Source: Candidatus Nomurabacteria bacterium
GTDB taxonomy: Bacteria > Patescibacteriota > Minisyncoccia > Phycocordibacterales > UBA9973
Length of the DNA: 64,000 nt
NCBI GenBank assembly: GCA_031425235.1
Contig: JANPIZ010000004.1
Location: 62-64,061 of the forward strand
Reading direction: 5' to 3'
A model generated the notes under the pieces. The model had not been told where the DNA came from. It searched no databases and worked only from the letters and a program-made list of their open reading frames with translations. How positions within the stretch are numbered: position 1 is the first letter of the stretch; the number at the start of each line of letters is the position of its first letter. Of this stretch, positions 39,471-49,791 are shown in pieces. A program made the translations under genes and the position numbers.

Positions 39471-40238
39471 GTGTTAATAGACTTAACTCAATTCAATATC
39501 ACACGACCCGAGAAAATCAACTATGACTTTCCTATGTCCAATCCTGTCCACTTGATCGACTATGTAAAAAGTAAAAGCCTGCAAACCTTTTTTAAAAAAG
39601 CTGATGAAATTTTACTGAAAAATAAGATAACATGGGAATACAAAGACCTCAACGAGCATGAATATATAAAATGGCTACAATACTACACTGAGAAAATGAA
39701 AGAACTCGGGCATGATGTTCGAGCAACAAAGGAATGGTACCAAGAACAGCACAAGAAAGATGTAAACCTAAAAGGTTTGTTTTTCTATCAAAATCAAAAA
39801 ATGGTTGGAAGTGGTATTATCGGACTCAAAAATAATACTATTCATCTCGCCTACAAAGCGAGTGATCGCATCAAGCTTTCTTCAATATCAAACAGTAACT
39901 TGGGCTACTTGATTGAATTTTGGGCATTGCAACTACCTCTCACTGAAAAACCTTACACACGCCTCATTAGTATGTCGAGGAATGCATTTGGGTTTTATAA
40001 CACGCTTGGATACCTGGAATATAAATTTCAATTTGGCTTTACACCTCAAATCACTGAGGAGTCCGCTATGTTAGATAGTGTGCCAGTAAACGAAAGTAGT
40101 TTTGTGCTTTTTTATGGTATTCAAAATAAAGAACTCATACTATTTGCACTCATACCAGAACTGCAAAAAAATGTAGAATTATTTAATAAAACTCCATTTA
40201 TATCTCAAGCTATTCCTTTTAGAGAAATTTACTATTAA
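39471..40238 (+). CDS. Hypothetical protein (possibly GNAT-like)
   Basis: 255-aa ORF, YLEYKFQFGF. Confidence 0.55.
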   Translation: MLIDLTQFNITRPEKINYDFPMSNPVHLIDYVKSKSLQTFFKKADEILLKNKITWEYKDLNEHEYIKWLQYYTEKMKELGHDVRATKEWYQEQHKKDVNLKGLFFYQNQKMVGSGIIGLKNNTIHLAYKASDRIKLSSISNSNLGYLIEFWALQLPLTEKPYTRLISMSRNAFGFYNTLGYLEYKFQFGFTPQITEESAMLDSVPVNESSFVLFYGIQNKELILFALIPELQKNVELFNKTPFISQAIPFREIYY

Positions 40239-41011
40239 ACCTTGGTCAAAACTTCCGGCTCACCTTCGGTGATGAGGAGTGTGTGTTCGAAGTGAGCACT
40301 TCTTTTTCCATCAGCGGTATGGAATGTATACCCATCATTATCAAGCGTGACATGCTTTGTCCCGTTATTTAACATAGGCTCGATAGCTATGACCATCCCA
40401 GCCACCAGCTTGGCTCCTTTTCCTGGCTTTCCAAAATTTGGAATAAATGGATCTTCATGAATTTTCTTACCAACTCCATGCCCCGCCAATGCTTCTACGA
40501 TGCCGTATTTAGTGCCTTTACTGCTTCTCACAAAACTCTCAATCGCATGACCTATGTCACCCACCGTATTACCATTTTGTGCGGCAGCGATGCCCACCTG
40601 GAGAGCTTTCTCTGTCATTTTCATGAGCTTTATATCAGCACCACTTACTTTGCCTACGGGTACTGTCATAGCCATATCCGTAAAAAGCCCTTTATGTTTT
40701 ACTCCGAGATCTATCGATACGATATCGCCTTCTTGTAAAACCCGTTTTGCGTTTGGAATACCATGCACTACTTCATTGTTTACTGACACGCACAAAGTCG
40801 CCGGAAAAGGTATCCGGGCACCTTCAGGCTGATAATTTAAAAATGCTGGTTCGTCGCCCATGGCACGGATGAGTTTTTCAGCATATTGATCGAGTTCTTT
40901 TGTCGACACTCCAGGCGCCACCATATCCCGCACTTTGTAAAGTACTGTCGCTAAACGCTTACCACACTCTCGTAGTATTTGTATTTCTGCTGGTGTTTTT
41001 ATAATTATCAT
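40235..41011 (-). CDS. map: Methionine aminopeptidase type I
   Basis: SVNNEVVHGIP, GHGVG..HEDP, IEPM, SAHFEHT. Confidence 0.96.
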   Translation of the reverse strand: MIIIKTPAEIQILRECGKRLATVLYKVRDMVAPGVSTKELDQYAEKLIRAMGDEPAFLNYQPEGARIPFPATLCVSVNNEVVHGIPNAKRVLQEGDIVSIDLGVKHKGLFTDMAMTVPVGKVSGADIKLMKMTEKALQVGIAAAQNGNTVGDIGHAIESFVRSSKGTKYGIVEALAGHGVGKKIHEDPFIPNFGKPGKGAKLVAGMVIAIEPMLNNGTKHVTLDNDGYTFHTADGKRSAHFEHTLLITEGEPEVLTKV

Positions 41012-41017
41012 TTTATT

Positions 41018-41704
41018 TTAAGAGATGACCGTACCTTCAAATTTTTCTCCTTTCAAGCAGTTCCCTATATTTTCAATAGATTTACCGCTCATGGTCATTA
41101 CTGTAATACCTTCTTTTTCAGCAAATTCGGATGCGATAGGATCAAATGGGGTATTGAGACCTGGATCCCATTCTGTGGGGATCATTGCTCGATAGTTCTT
41201 CCAGGATATTTGCTCAATCTTTTCAGCATTTGGATTTTTCTTCGGATCGGAATCATATACATAATCAGTGTTCGATAAATTGATAACTTTCTTGGCACCG
41301 AGATTCTTTGCAGCTAAAAATGCATCAAAGTCTGAACTGTGTCCTGGCTCAAGAGCGCCACCAATGACCACAGGGCGTTCTAAAGAAAATGGCTCAGCTA
41401 AATTTTGTATTACTTTATTATGAGCATATTCACCAAAAACAACTCGCAAAAGTTCTGCATTTAAATTATTAGTAGCAATACCTATCCAATCAATATCATC
41501 TTTGGAAGCTTCTGGATTTAGTTCTTTACCAAATGCCTGATATTTTCTACATGTTTTCCCTCCGCCAGTGATGATTACAAATTTCTTGCCTTGCGCCACA
41601 AGTGAAATAATTAAATCTTTGAAAGATTTTAGAAATTGAGTATCTACTTCTTCTGGTACCATCAGAGCACCTCCAAGCGAGATTATAATTATTTCTTCAT
41701 TCAT
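41018..41704 (-). CDS. pyrH: UMP kinase (archaeal-like short form)
   Basis: SLGG, GGG, PGHSSD, VYDSDP, FDPIA. Confidence 0.88.
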   Translation of the reverse strand: MNEEIIIISLGGALMVPEEVDTQFLKSFKDLIISLVAQGKKFVIITGGGKTCRKYQAFGKELNPEASKDDIDWIGIATNNLNAELLRVVFGEYAHNKVIQNLAEPFSLERPVVIGGALEPGHSSDFDAFLAAKNLGAKKVINLSNTDYVYDSDPKKNPNAEKIEQISWKNYRAMIPTEWDPGLNTPFDPIASEFAEKEGITVMTMSGKSIENIGNCLKGEKFEGTVIS

Positions 41705-41705
41705 A

Positions 41706-42293
41706 CTAAAAATTTAAAGCTTTAATAATATCCTTGTGTACATTTTCGACAGACTGCTCACCATTGATTGTGTATATCGTATACCCTGCCTCGCCTTTAA
41801 AATCATTCATGGCCGGTACGACGTTGTTCATGTACTCATCAAACCTCTTGCGCAGTCCTGCTTCTGTGTCATCCGATCTGCCTCGGAGGAGATTTCGCTT
41901 CATTGCTTCCGCTTCGCTCAATTGAATGTAAATTATCTTGATGTTTTCCCTTCTAAAGAAACGCATCATACTTTTTAAAACTTTTGACTGTTCTTCGGTT
42001 CGAGGATACCCGTCCAAAATGAGATTTTTCTCAGGAGTTATTTGTTCGCTTAAAATATTTGCGATGATAGAGTTTGCAAAAAAGTCATCAATGAGTTCAC
42101 CTTTATTCATCTTGTCTCGCAAGATTTCACCTGCATAGCTATTTGATTCGACAAGCTTGCGAAACCCTTCACCAGTACCACCATAGATTGTTTCCTTGGC
42201 ATCTTTGGTCTTCAAAAAATCAGTCAAAAGCTTGACCTGAGTACCCTTTCCAGAGCCCACTATGCCGAAAAATATAAAGGTTTGACCATTCAT
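41706..42293 (-). CDS. adk: Adenylate kinase
   Basis: GSGKGTQ, LDGYPRT, RGRSDD; start moved to MNGQTF. Confidence 0.85.
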   Translation of the reverse strand: MNGQTFIFFGIVGSGKGTQVKLLTDFLKTKDAKETIYGGTGEGFRKLVESNSYAGEILRDKMNKGELIDDFFANSIIANILSEQITPEKNLILDGYPRTEEQSKVLKSMMRFFRRENIKIIYIQLSEAEAMKRNLLRGRSDDTEAGLRKRFDEYMNNVVPAMNDFKGEAGYTIYTINGEQSVENVHKDIIKALNF

Positions 42294-42354
42294 ATTATCA
42301 GAATACAAGATTTAGCTTGAAAAATCAATGTTTTTATACTAGAATGACTTCACA

Positions 42355-42945
42355 ATGAAAAGACTTGGATTTAACATAGTAATGCTTGGGATGATAGCAT
42401 CTGGTAAAGAAACTCAGGCAAATATCTTAAAAAGTAAGTACGCACTCAAGTTTGTTGAAACTGGTGTGTATTCTAGGAAGCTATTAAAGGAAAAAAGTAA
42501 AAATGGTGACTTGGCGAGACGCACTGTCGGACTAGGAGCTCCTTTACCTACAAGCTTACTAAAGAAGTTTCTTGTTGAAGAAATAAATAACAGACCAAAA
42601 AATAAGGATTTGCTCTTTTTGGGTGGCAGATTAAAACCTGAGGCAGAATTTCTAAAAAAACTCCTAGATAAAAAACATGAACATATTCTTGCTTTCTATG
42701 TAAGTCTGCCAGACAAGGAAGTATACAAACGATCTCTGGGTAGAAGTACAGGAAATATGAAAGAAATTTATAAAGTCCTCGATACAAAAAAGATAATCGC
42801 AAAGAGAATAAAATGGCACAAAGATGAAATAGAAAAGAAGACTGTAAAATTCTACCAAAAGTTTGGTATTATGTACATAATAAACGGCAACCAACCAATA
42901 CCTAAAGTAACAAAAGACATTCTAAAGGCTATCGAAACCTACTAG
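42355..42945 (+). CDS. Divergent adenylate-kinase-family protein
   Basis: GMIASGKETQ P-loop; lacks canonical DGYPR. Confidence 0.75.
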   Translation: MKRLGFNIVMLGMIASGKETQANILKSKYALKFVETGVYSRKLLKEKSKNGDLARRTVGLGAPLPTSLLKKFLVEEINNRPKNKDLLFLGGRLKPEAEFLKKLLDKKHEHILAFYVSLPDKEVYKRSLGRSTGNMKEIYKVLDTKKIIAKRIKWHKDEIEKKTVKFYQKFGIMYIINGNQPIPKVTKDILKAIETY

Positions 42946-43010
42946 AACAAAAACAACCTCGAAGAGGTTGTTAATATTATTCTAACAGAATATAAGAAGT
43001 GGTTAGAAAA

Positions 43011-43796
43011 TTAAGATTCTATTGTGAATTTAGAAAGGTCTTCTTTTAGCATTTTTCTGTTCAGCCTGTGATAAGATTCCAATTGAGAATCATGAATGTA
43101 ATTTAACACAAGATCATTAGGTATTCTTAAATCTTTAAAAAGCTTTTTTGTTCTGTGCAACATCCAGGCATTCGCATCTCGCTCGCGCTGTAGTTCATAT
43201 GCGTTCATTTTTAAAGGCTCAGTTTTTATACCTTCATGGCTAATTCTTGTCTTTATATTTCCTTTTTTGTCTTTTGAAGGGCTTTCTATGTGTCCTGATT
43301 CATGGAAAAAAGTTAGAAAATTAAGCGGCTTAGAAAAAAACCCAACATCATCAATAATAAAAATCCGCCCATCTACAAAATCAGCTAAAGAGTATGATAA
43401 TTCAAAACTATTTGAACTTTTCAAGTTAGGTATCCAAAAAATAGACCCGTAAGGATTTTGTTTGTGATTTTCTTTTGTATCAGAAAAATTATCTGTTTTT
43501 ATTTTCAAATTTCTAATTTCAAAAATAGGATGAAAATCTCCGTCGACTCCGTGGCCTAAATAGCTTCTATATATCTGATAGCAGGTATCAAAAGAACGCT
43601 CTGTCACATCTATAAGGTCATATGTAATTTTTAAGCCATTTTTTCCTTCAAATTCATAATGTCCTTCTGATAATTTTTTAGGTACATCAAAAAGTTTTTC
43701 CTTTAAAGGAGTTAGGTCTGCCTTTTTTACTTTTTCTTCTGGTGGCACTCGTTTATCAAGATATTGTCGAGCACTATCCTCTGTTTCAAATTTCAT
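43011..43796 (-). CDS. Hypothetical protein with HExxH (possible zinc peptidase)
   Basis: FFHESGH..ERDAN. Confidence 0.6.
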   Translation of the reverse strand: MKFETEDSARQYLDKRVPPEEKVKKADLTPLKEKLFDVPKKLSEGHYEFEGKNGLKITYDLIDVTERSFDTCYQIYRSYLGHGVDGDFHPIFEIRNLKIKTDNFSDTKENHKQNPYGSIFWIPNLKSSNSFELSYSLADFVDGRIFIIDDVGFFSKPLNFLTFFHESGHIESPSKDKKGNIKTRISHEGIKTEPLKMNAYELQRERDANAWMLHRTKKLFKDLRIPNDLVLNYIHDSQLESYHRLNRKMLKEDLSKFTIES

Positions 43797-43826
43797 ATTG
43801 TAATTATATCACCTTATAAATAAAGC

Positions 43827-43852
43827 AAAAACCCCCTTTTAAGGGGGTTTTT
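43827..43852 (-). terminator. Terminator after secY
   Basis: AAAAACCCCCTT-TT-AAGGGGGTTTTT. Confidence 0.8.
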
Positions 43853-43866
43853 GAAACTAAATAAAA

Positions 43867-45141
43867 TTAGTATTCTCGCATTGAGACTTGAGCATCTACT
43901 TTCTTTATAAGATCAAGAACTACAGAGACAACGATAAGTATTGATGTACCTCCGAGCGCGAGTGATGCAATACCTGTGATATATTGCATGATAATCGGTA
44001 GCACAGCAATAAAGCCTAAGAATAGTGCGCCAACGAGTGTAATGCGTGTGAGCACGTGTGAAATGTAATTTGCAGTAGACACACCTGGTCGAACGCCTGG
44101 AATAAACCCACCATTTTTCTGTAAGTTCGTCGAAAGTGCATCAGGGTCAAATGTCACCGCTGTGTAGAAGTATGTGAAAAGAAACACAAGTATAAAGTAT
44201 AGTACTGCGTAAAGCACTGAAGTATTAGTGAACGACAATAGCACACTGGAAATTTTTGTAATGATGGCATTACTACCAAATCGTGTAAGCACCGTACCGA
44301 TCATCTGTGGAAATGAGAGGATCGCCAAACCGAATATGATAGGCATGACTCCTGCTTGGTTCACGCGAAGTGGTAAGTATGTGGATCCGCCACCATACAT
44401 CTTCATGCCGCGGACGCGTTTTGCGTATGTAACGGGTATGGGGCGTTCGGCTTCGGTAACCAACACAATAGCAGCAATAACGATAAGCCCGGCAACGAGG
44501 AATCCTATATAAAGCGGAAGCTGAGATACATCAAAGGTAAAAGCGAGTTGTGAAACCTGAGCAGGAAGTTGAGAAACAATGCCGGCAAAAATGATAAGCG
44601 ACACACCATTTCCAATACCAAATTCGGATATAAGCTCACCTAACCACATAAGGAATACAGAACCCGCGATAACGATAAATAAGTTCACTATTCGGTCGAA
44701 TCCAGTTAGGTTCACCAAAATACCCTGACTTTCAAGAATTGAAAGTAAAGCAAAACCTTGGATCGCTGCAAGTGGCACAGTAAGCATTCGTGAATATTGA
44801 GTAAATCGTTTTCGTCCCGCTTCACCTTCTTCGTGGTAAATACGCTTGAGGGCTGGAACCATGATAGTAAGCAACTGCATAATAATAGAAGCAGTAATAT
44901 ACGGACCCACACCTAGCATGATAATGGAAAGGTTCGTAAGCCCACCTCCTGAAAAGATATTTAAGATTCCGAGAAATTGGTTATTGGAAAGGAACCTGGT
45001 AAGTGCAAGGTTATCAATACCCGGTATTGGAATAGCCGCAAAAAGCCTAAATACTATTAAGGCGATTAAAACAAACAGCACCTTGTTCCGCAAGGATTTG
45101 TCTGTCCACACTAATTTTAATTTATTTAAAAAATTTGTCAT
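43867..45141 (-). CDS. secY: Preprotein translocase SecY
   Basis: LGVGPYITASII, GIGNGVSLIIF, FIPGVRPG, GGTSILI. Confidence 0.98.
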   Translation of the reverse strand: MTNFLNKLKLVWTDKSLRNKVLFVLIALIVFRLFAAIPIPGIDNLALTRFLSNNQFLGILNIFSGGGLTNLSIIMLGVGPYITASIIMQLLTIMVPALKRIYHEEGEAGRKRFTQYSRMLTVPLAAIQGFALLSILESQGILVNLTGFDRIVNLFIVIAGSVFLMWLGELISEFGIGNGVSLIIFAGIVSQLPAQVSQLAFTFDVSQLPLYIGFLVAGLIVIAAIVLVTEAERPIPVTYAKRVRGMKMYGGGSTYLPLRVNQAGVMPIIFGLAILSFPQMIGTVLTRFGSNAIITKISSVLLSFTNTSVLYAVLYFILVFLFTYFYTAVTFDPDALSTNLQKNGGFIPGVRPGVSTANYISHVLTRITLVGALFLGFIAVLPIIMQYITGIASLALGGTSILIVVSVVLDLIKKVDAQVSMREY

Positions 45142-45148
45142 AGAAGTT

Positions 45149-45448
45149 TTACTTAATTATTATCTTCCTCCCTTTCACGTTGAGGCGCTTTCGTATTTCA
45201 GAGAATTTTTCACCTTTAGTAGTTTTGTCCGTTGCAAGCACATATGGCTTCTTTTTAGATTTAAAACTATACCCGCGATTTTTGGGCAACTTCTTGATTA
45301 TATCACGAAGCTCTGGTCGGCGTTTGTTACCTGCACGAGCTGTCTGCCCCTTGCCTCCACGGCCTGAAGTTTTCGCATGCTTGCCTCCACGGCCGACCAT
45401 ACGATCTTTTTTATTTTTATGACTTCTTTTTAGTTGATGTATTTGCAT
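45149..45448 (-). CDS. rplO: 50S ribosomal protein L15 (short, 99 aa)
   Basis: VGRGG..TSGRGGKGQTARAG; synteny. Confidence 0.9.
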   Translation of the reverse strand: MQIHQLKRSHKNKKDRMVGRGGKHAKTSGRGGKGQTARAGNKRRPELRDIIKKLPKNRGYSFKSKKKPYVLATDKTTKGEKFSEIRKRLNVKGRKIIIK

Positions 45449-45463
45449 ATGTGTAAAGTAAAA

Positions 45464-46033
45464 TTATTTCACTACTACTTCTTCTTTTTTTACTGATGGC
45501 CCACTTATACTCAGTGAAGCTGGTTTTACTACCTTTGTATATTTAGAAGAAATCATTCCAAATGCTTTCATAACTGCCTTTGCGTTGTTTAATTTGTTCT
45601 TGCTGTTAGACTGTATCTTACCAGTGATGTCTTTCACGCCAGCAAGCTTGATGATATCCCGAAGGACTGAACCAGCTACAAGTCCACGGCCTTTGTTTGG
45701 CATTATTACTACGCATGAGCTAGAGAATTTTGCAGAAAGCTCGTGAGGGATAGACATAGTTTTGGTCAGATTAAGTTTAATCATGTTTTTCTTTGCACCA
45801 AGAACAGCCTTATTGATAGCGAGGGCTGTATCCCCTGCCTTACCGAGCCCGAATCCGATAGCACCTTTGCGGTCACCGGCTACAAGAGCAACAGAGAAAG
45901 AGAATCTTCGTCCTCCTCCAGTCACACGAGTCACGCGACGGATGTCGATGATCTTTTGATCAAATTCTGGCTTCGGTCGTCCAAATGAAGAGCCTCTCCG
46001 TGTATTATTTCTTTTGTCGTTTGGTTTATCCAT
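45464..46033 (-). CDS. rpsE: 30S ribosomal protein S5
   Basis: RRVTRVTGGGRRFSF. Confidence 0.96.
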   Translation of the reverse strand: MDKPNDKRNNTRRGSSFGRPKPEFDQKIIDIRRVTRVTGGGRRFSFSVALVAGDRKGAIGFGLGKAGDTALAINKAVLGAKKNMIKLNLTKTMSIPHELSAKFSSSCVVIMPNKGRGLVAGSVLRDIIKLAGVKDITGKIQSNSKNKLNNAKAVMKAFGMISSKYTKVVKPASLSISGPSVKKEEVVVK

Positions 46034-46039
46034 AATAGT

Positions 46040-46381
46040 TTAAAATGTAAGGCCAGCTTTTCGAGCTTCGTCCGCTAATAATTTGACTCGTCCAGTATAT
46101 TTAAATCCGTTTCGATCAAATACAACTGACTTGATATTTGCCTTTGAACAAAGTTCTCCGATTAGCTTTCCGATTTCTTTTGCTCTTTCATTTTTTGTTC
46201 CTTTTGTCACCTTGACATCGCTTGCGGCCGCAAGCGTTTTACTTGTTGTGTCGTCAATTACTTGTGCATAGATGAATTTATTAGAACGAAATACACTGAG
46301 ACGGGGGGTCGCAGATGTGCCATTTATCTTCACTCGGATTCTTTTCTTGAGTCGTATTCTTTTGTCTTGTTTTGTTTGCAT
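46040..46381 (-). CDS. rplR: 50S ribosomal protein L18
   Basis: [19 protein letters not shown]. Confidence 0.96.
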   Translation of the reverse strand: MQTKQDKRIRLKKRIRVKINGTSATPRLSVFRSNKFIYAQVIDDTTSKTLAAASDVKVTKGTKNERAKEIGKLIGELCSKANIKSVVFDRNGFKYTGRVKLLADEARKAGLTF

Positions 46382-46405
46382 ATATTTTCTAAAACCTATC
46401 TATCG

Positions 46406-46939
46406 CTATACAGTCTTTTTACCTTGCTTACGTCTGATAACTTCACCTTCATAACGCATACCTTTACCTTTATATGGTTCTGGCTTCTTCTTCGCGCGCA
46501 GCTGTGCAGTCCATGCACCCACTAATTCCTTGTCGATGCCTATAACAGTTATATTGTTCTTTTCAGTAGTGACAGTGAGTCCATCAGGAATAGGCACAAT
46601 AACAGGATGAGAAAAGCCGAGCGCAAGATGAATCTCTTTTCCTTTCACTTCTGACTTGAATCCAATACCTTCAAGAATCAACTTCTTTTGGAATGGAGTT
46701 TCCACCCCAGCAATCATGTTTTTTAAATGTGACGCGTATGTCCCCCATAGAGATTTTGAAAATTTATCGTTTCTTTTTAAATTTAAAGTTATAGTATCTT
46801 CGGCGATTTTTATATCGATATCGTCGCGAAATATTTTAGTGAGTGTCCCCTTTGAACCAACCACAGTAACAACGTCACCTGTATGACTTACTTTTACTCC
46901 ATTCGGTATTTGTATTTCTTGTTTACCAATTCTTGACAT
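46406..46939 (-). CDS. rplF: 50S ribosomal protein L6
   Basis: MSRIGK, LGFSHP, PEPYKGKG. Confidence 0.97.
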   Translation of the reverse strand: MSRIGKQEIQIPNGVKVSHTGDVVTVVGSKGTLTKIFRDDIDIKIAEDTITLNLKRNDKFSKSLWGTYASHLKNMIAGVETPFQKKLILEGIGFKSEVKGKEIHLALGFSHPVIVPIPDGLTVTTEKNNITVIGIDKELVGAWTAQLRAKKKPEPYKGKGMRYEGEVIRRKQGKKTV

Positions 46940-46971
46940 ATGTTTATATTATTTATAGTGAGCTTGTCGAA

Positions 46972-47358
46972 CTACCAAAGTCTGAATAATGCTTCACCTC
47001 CGACTTGTTCTTTGCGAGCATTGTTGCCTGATAAAATTCCCTTTGGGGTAGAAAGTACCAATAAACCTGAACCATTACGGACTCGATGGATATCTTTCAC
47101 TCCAAAATATACACGACGAGATTGTTTTGACACTCGTTCCACTTGGCTGATTTTTGGCTTCTTGTCTATATACACTAATTCAACCTCAAGTGTTGGAAAA
47201 CCCTTCTTTATTTTCTTAGAAACTTGCTTCACATAGCCTTCTTTTTTCAAACAGTCAGCGATAGAATGTTTTAATTTGGAATATGGAAAAGAAACAGCTT
47301 CCTTGCCTGCAAGTGAACCGTTTTTCATCATTATTAACATGTTTGAAATTGAATCCAT
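46972..47358 (-). CDS. rpsH: 30S ribosomal protein S8
   Basis: DSISNML, LSTPKG, VGGE. Confidence 0.96.
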   Translation of the reverse strand: MDSISNMLIMMKNGSLAGKEAVSFPYSKLKHSIADCLKKEGYVKQVSKKIKKGFPTLEVELVYIDKKPKISQVERVSKQSRRVYFGVKDIHRVRNGSGLLVLSTPKGILSGNNARKEQVGGEALFRLW

Positions 47359-47367
47359 AATTTTTTA

Positions 47368-47553
47368 TTACCAGCTTGATTTACGAACACCTGGAAGCAT
47401 TCCTTCGTTTGCTAATTCACGAAAACAAATACGACAAAGCCCGAAATCTCTCATGAAGGCATTCCCTCGGCCACATCGAAAACATCGGTTTTTCTGCCGT
47501 GTGCTAAACTTTGGTTTTCTTTGACTTCGTACAATGACTGATGTTTTTGCCAT
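47368..47553 (-). CDS. rpsN: 30S ribosomal protein S14, zinc-binding type Z
   Basis: [23 protein letters not shown]. Confidence 0.96.
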   Translation of the reverse strand: MAKTSVIVRSQRKPKFSTRQKNRCFRCGRGNAFMRDFGLCRICFRELANEGMLPGVRKSSW

Positions 47554-47726
47554 AAAATTAAGGAATGCTAATGACTATAATTTTTGAGCATCCCGCTTGT
47601 AGGATGCCATACCTAATTAACTCGGGAGTGCTTTGTTAATATCGTACTTATTTTTCTTTAAGCCTTATAAAATATAAGAATTAAAGGAGAAAAGTAGATT
47701 AATCAAAGCCATATTCCCTTAGGGAT

Positions 47727-47755
47727 ATACTAGCAGATTATCCATATTTAGTCAA
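47727..47755 (-). promoter_or_regulatory. Promoter TTGACT-17-TAGTAT for rpsN..secY
   Basis: Consensus-like boxes with TG extension, ~170 nt upstream of rpsN. Confidence 0.65.
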
Positions 47756-47764
47756 GTATAAAAA

Positions 47765-48160
47765 CTACCTGTTTGATGACATACTTTGCTTAATTTGTTG
47801 TAATAGATCATCTGAAACCTGGCGTGATTTGGATTTATAATTTCCTACGAAAAATAAATAGAACGATACTCCGATCGCTAAAACTGCAAATCCCAAAAGT
47901 ATATATTCTGCGTGTTTTTGTTTCTTTATTATTCCACCAGATAACCTCATCACAACTGTCGCCATTCTAGAATTTTCTGAATTCTTTAAAGCTATTGGTT
48001 CTTTTGGTGTTTGTATAGATTGGTAATCTTCCTCGAACGTCTGAACCAATTCAGATATTTCCGAATTTTTAGAACTTGGTGTGATACTAATTGCTTTTTC
48101 TTTGAGTGCTTGTTCTATCTCGCTGAGTTTTGGGGCTTGGATTTTATTATCTGGAGACAT
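47765..48160 (-). CDS. Single-TM hypothetical protein, paralog of 49792..50235
   Basis: Shared SGGIIK..KHAEY(I/V)L + TM. Confidence 0.75.
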   Translation of the reverse strand: MSPDNKIQAPKLSEIEQALKEKAISITPSSKNSEISELVQTFEEDYQSIQTPKEPIALKNSENSRMATVVMRLSGGIIKKQKHAEYILLGFAVLAIGVSFYLFFVGNYKSKSRQVSDDLLQQIKQSMSSNR

Positions 48161-48230
48161 AGAGATATTACATTAATAAATTAGATTTTATTAATCCCTA
48201 TTATATATTGTTTTAGTGGTTTTTAAAAGA

Positions 48231-48974
48231 TCATTTTTTTGATGGTTCTATTCCAAGTCTTTTACAAGACTCTGAATCCCCTCCGTTGCATTTTTCCAAC
48301 AAATTTGCCAACTCGTTACATGAATTTTCATCTCCTTCATTGCATTGTGTCCACATAGTGCATGCATCTATGGCGTATGGGCAGACACTTCCGGTTGGCA
48401 ATCTAAAACCAAATCCAAAAACCCCAGATTTTTCTTCCAATTGCGATGCATAAATACTAAAAACTTGCCCAGACGCGCTGGCTTCGCTTGGATCAATCCC
48501 TTGATCAGTTAAATATGCATTTACTGCGGCAGGTGCTTGATATACATATTCAAAATCTGGATTACTTTGAGCATATGCTTTTGATATCAAGGTCACACTT
48601 GCTGTACAACTAGGACAAGGATCACTAGGTAAAACAGCCAGATAAGGCTGTAATTGGGTGGCTAGAATTTCCCAGTTAGCGAGTCCTTGTCCAGTAGAGG
48701 CAAAACAGGACGGATCATATGTACTTATATCTGCGCACGAGGGATTGCCTAGGTCTGGGGGCAACCCATTATGGTCACTTTGATATAAAGCTATAGCAGT
48801 ATTTATTTGTTGTATGTCTTGAAATCGCTTAGCATCTCGAGCTTTCCCACGAGCTGAATCTAGGCTAGCAAATATTATTGTGGATAAAAGACTTACAATG
48901 GCAACTACAACTAAAAGTTCTATTAGTGTAAAACCTTTATTTTTACTAATATATGTATTATTTAAAATATCCAT
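48231..48974 (-). CDS. Type IV pilin-like protein with Cys-rich C-terminus
   Basis: KGFTLIELLVVVAI prepilin motif, ARGKARDAKR. Confidence 0.9.
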   Translation of the reverse strand: MDILNNTYISKNKGFTLIELLVVVAIVSLLSTIIFASLDSARGKARDAKRFQDIQQINTAIALYQSDHNGLPPDLGNPSCADISTYDPSCFASTGQGLANWEILATQLQPYLAVLPSDPCPSCTASVTLISKAYAQSNPDFEYVYQAPAAVNAYLTDQGIDPSEASASGQVFSIYASQLEEKSGVFGFGFRLPTGSVCPYAIDACTMWTQCNEGDENSCNELANLLEKCNGGDSESCKRLGIEPSKK

Positions 48975-48978
48975 AACA

Positions 48979-49218
48979 CTAAGGCTTTAAAGAATTAATA
49001 TTATTTTGTACCTTTGGCAGCAAATTACTATGCATATTATTTGTTATCTGCATTTTTTTATATCTCCCAATTGTATGTGAAAGATAGTCGTTCATAAAAA
49101 ATACTACTAAAGCCATCAAGACTGCACCTAGAAAAATATCTGAAATACTGTAATAAATTAAAATTTTACCCTTCTCTTTAGTGCTATTTAAATGCTTTTT
49201 ATGTCTAAATTTAATCAT
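48979..49218 (-). CDS. Small single-TM protein
   Basis: 79-aa ORF; TATAAT 6 nt before ATG. Confidence 0.55.
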   Translation of the reverse strand: MIKFRHKKHLNSTKEKGKILIYYSISDIFLGAVLMALVVFFMNDYLSHTIGRYKKMQITNNMHSNLLPKVQNNINSLKP

Positions 49219-49259
49219 ATTTAAATTATACCTGAAAATAAATTCTATAGCCCCTTTTC

Positions 49260-49790
49260 CTATGGATTACTGTAACATCCCGGCTGAGACCATATTAGTT
49301 CGTTTGAAGTAGTAGTATCAGAAACAGCCCCACTACTACCAAGGCAAAGATAAGCATCCTTATAAGGCAACCCAACTATAATAGAGTAACTTTGAATTGA
49401 AGGACTGGAGCCATGACCCAAGTAAAACTTAGTAGCCCCGGTTGAGTTCCATGTGGGCATAGAACTATTGGCAACTATCGCATTACATATTGATCTTGCC
49501 TGAGAAACAAAAGCTGTATTTGTCGAAGTAAATGTCAAACTATTGCAGGAGGCAGTGTCGTTTGCCCATGCCCATGTTTGTAATCCATAATATGACCCTG
49601 ACTCATTATATTCTTGTTCTAATAGATTACGCATTTGAGTAGCTTGCTCTCTGAGGAACGCGTCCTTACTTTTTTTTCGTGCTGTATTTAAGCTTGAAAG
49701 CACAATACTTGATAACAAGCCAATAATTGCAACAACTACCAAAAGTTCAATAAGTGTAAATCCTCTATTTTGATTTGAGCTTTTATTCAT
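49260..49790 (-). CDS. Type IV pilin-like protein
   Basis: RGFTLIELLVVVAIIGLL prepilin motif. Confidence 0.92.
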   Translation of the reverse strand: MNKSSNQNRGFTLIELLVVVAIIGLLSSIVLSSLNTARKKSKDAFLREQATQMRNLLEQEYNESGSYYGLQTWAWANDTASCNSLTFTSTNTAFVSQARSICNAIVANSSMPTWNSTGATKFYLGHGSSPSIQSYSIIVGLPYKDAYLCLGSSGAVSDTTTSNELIWSQPGCYSNP

Positions 49791-49791
49791 A

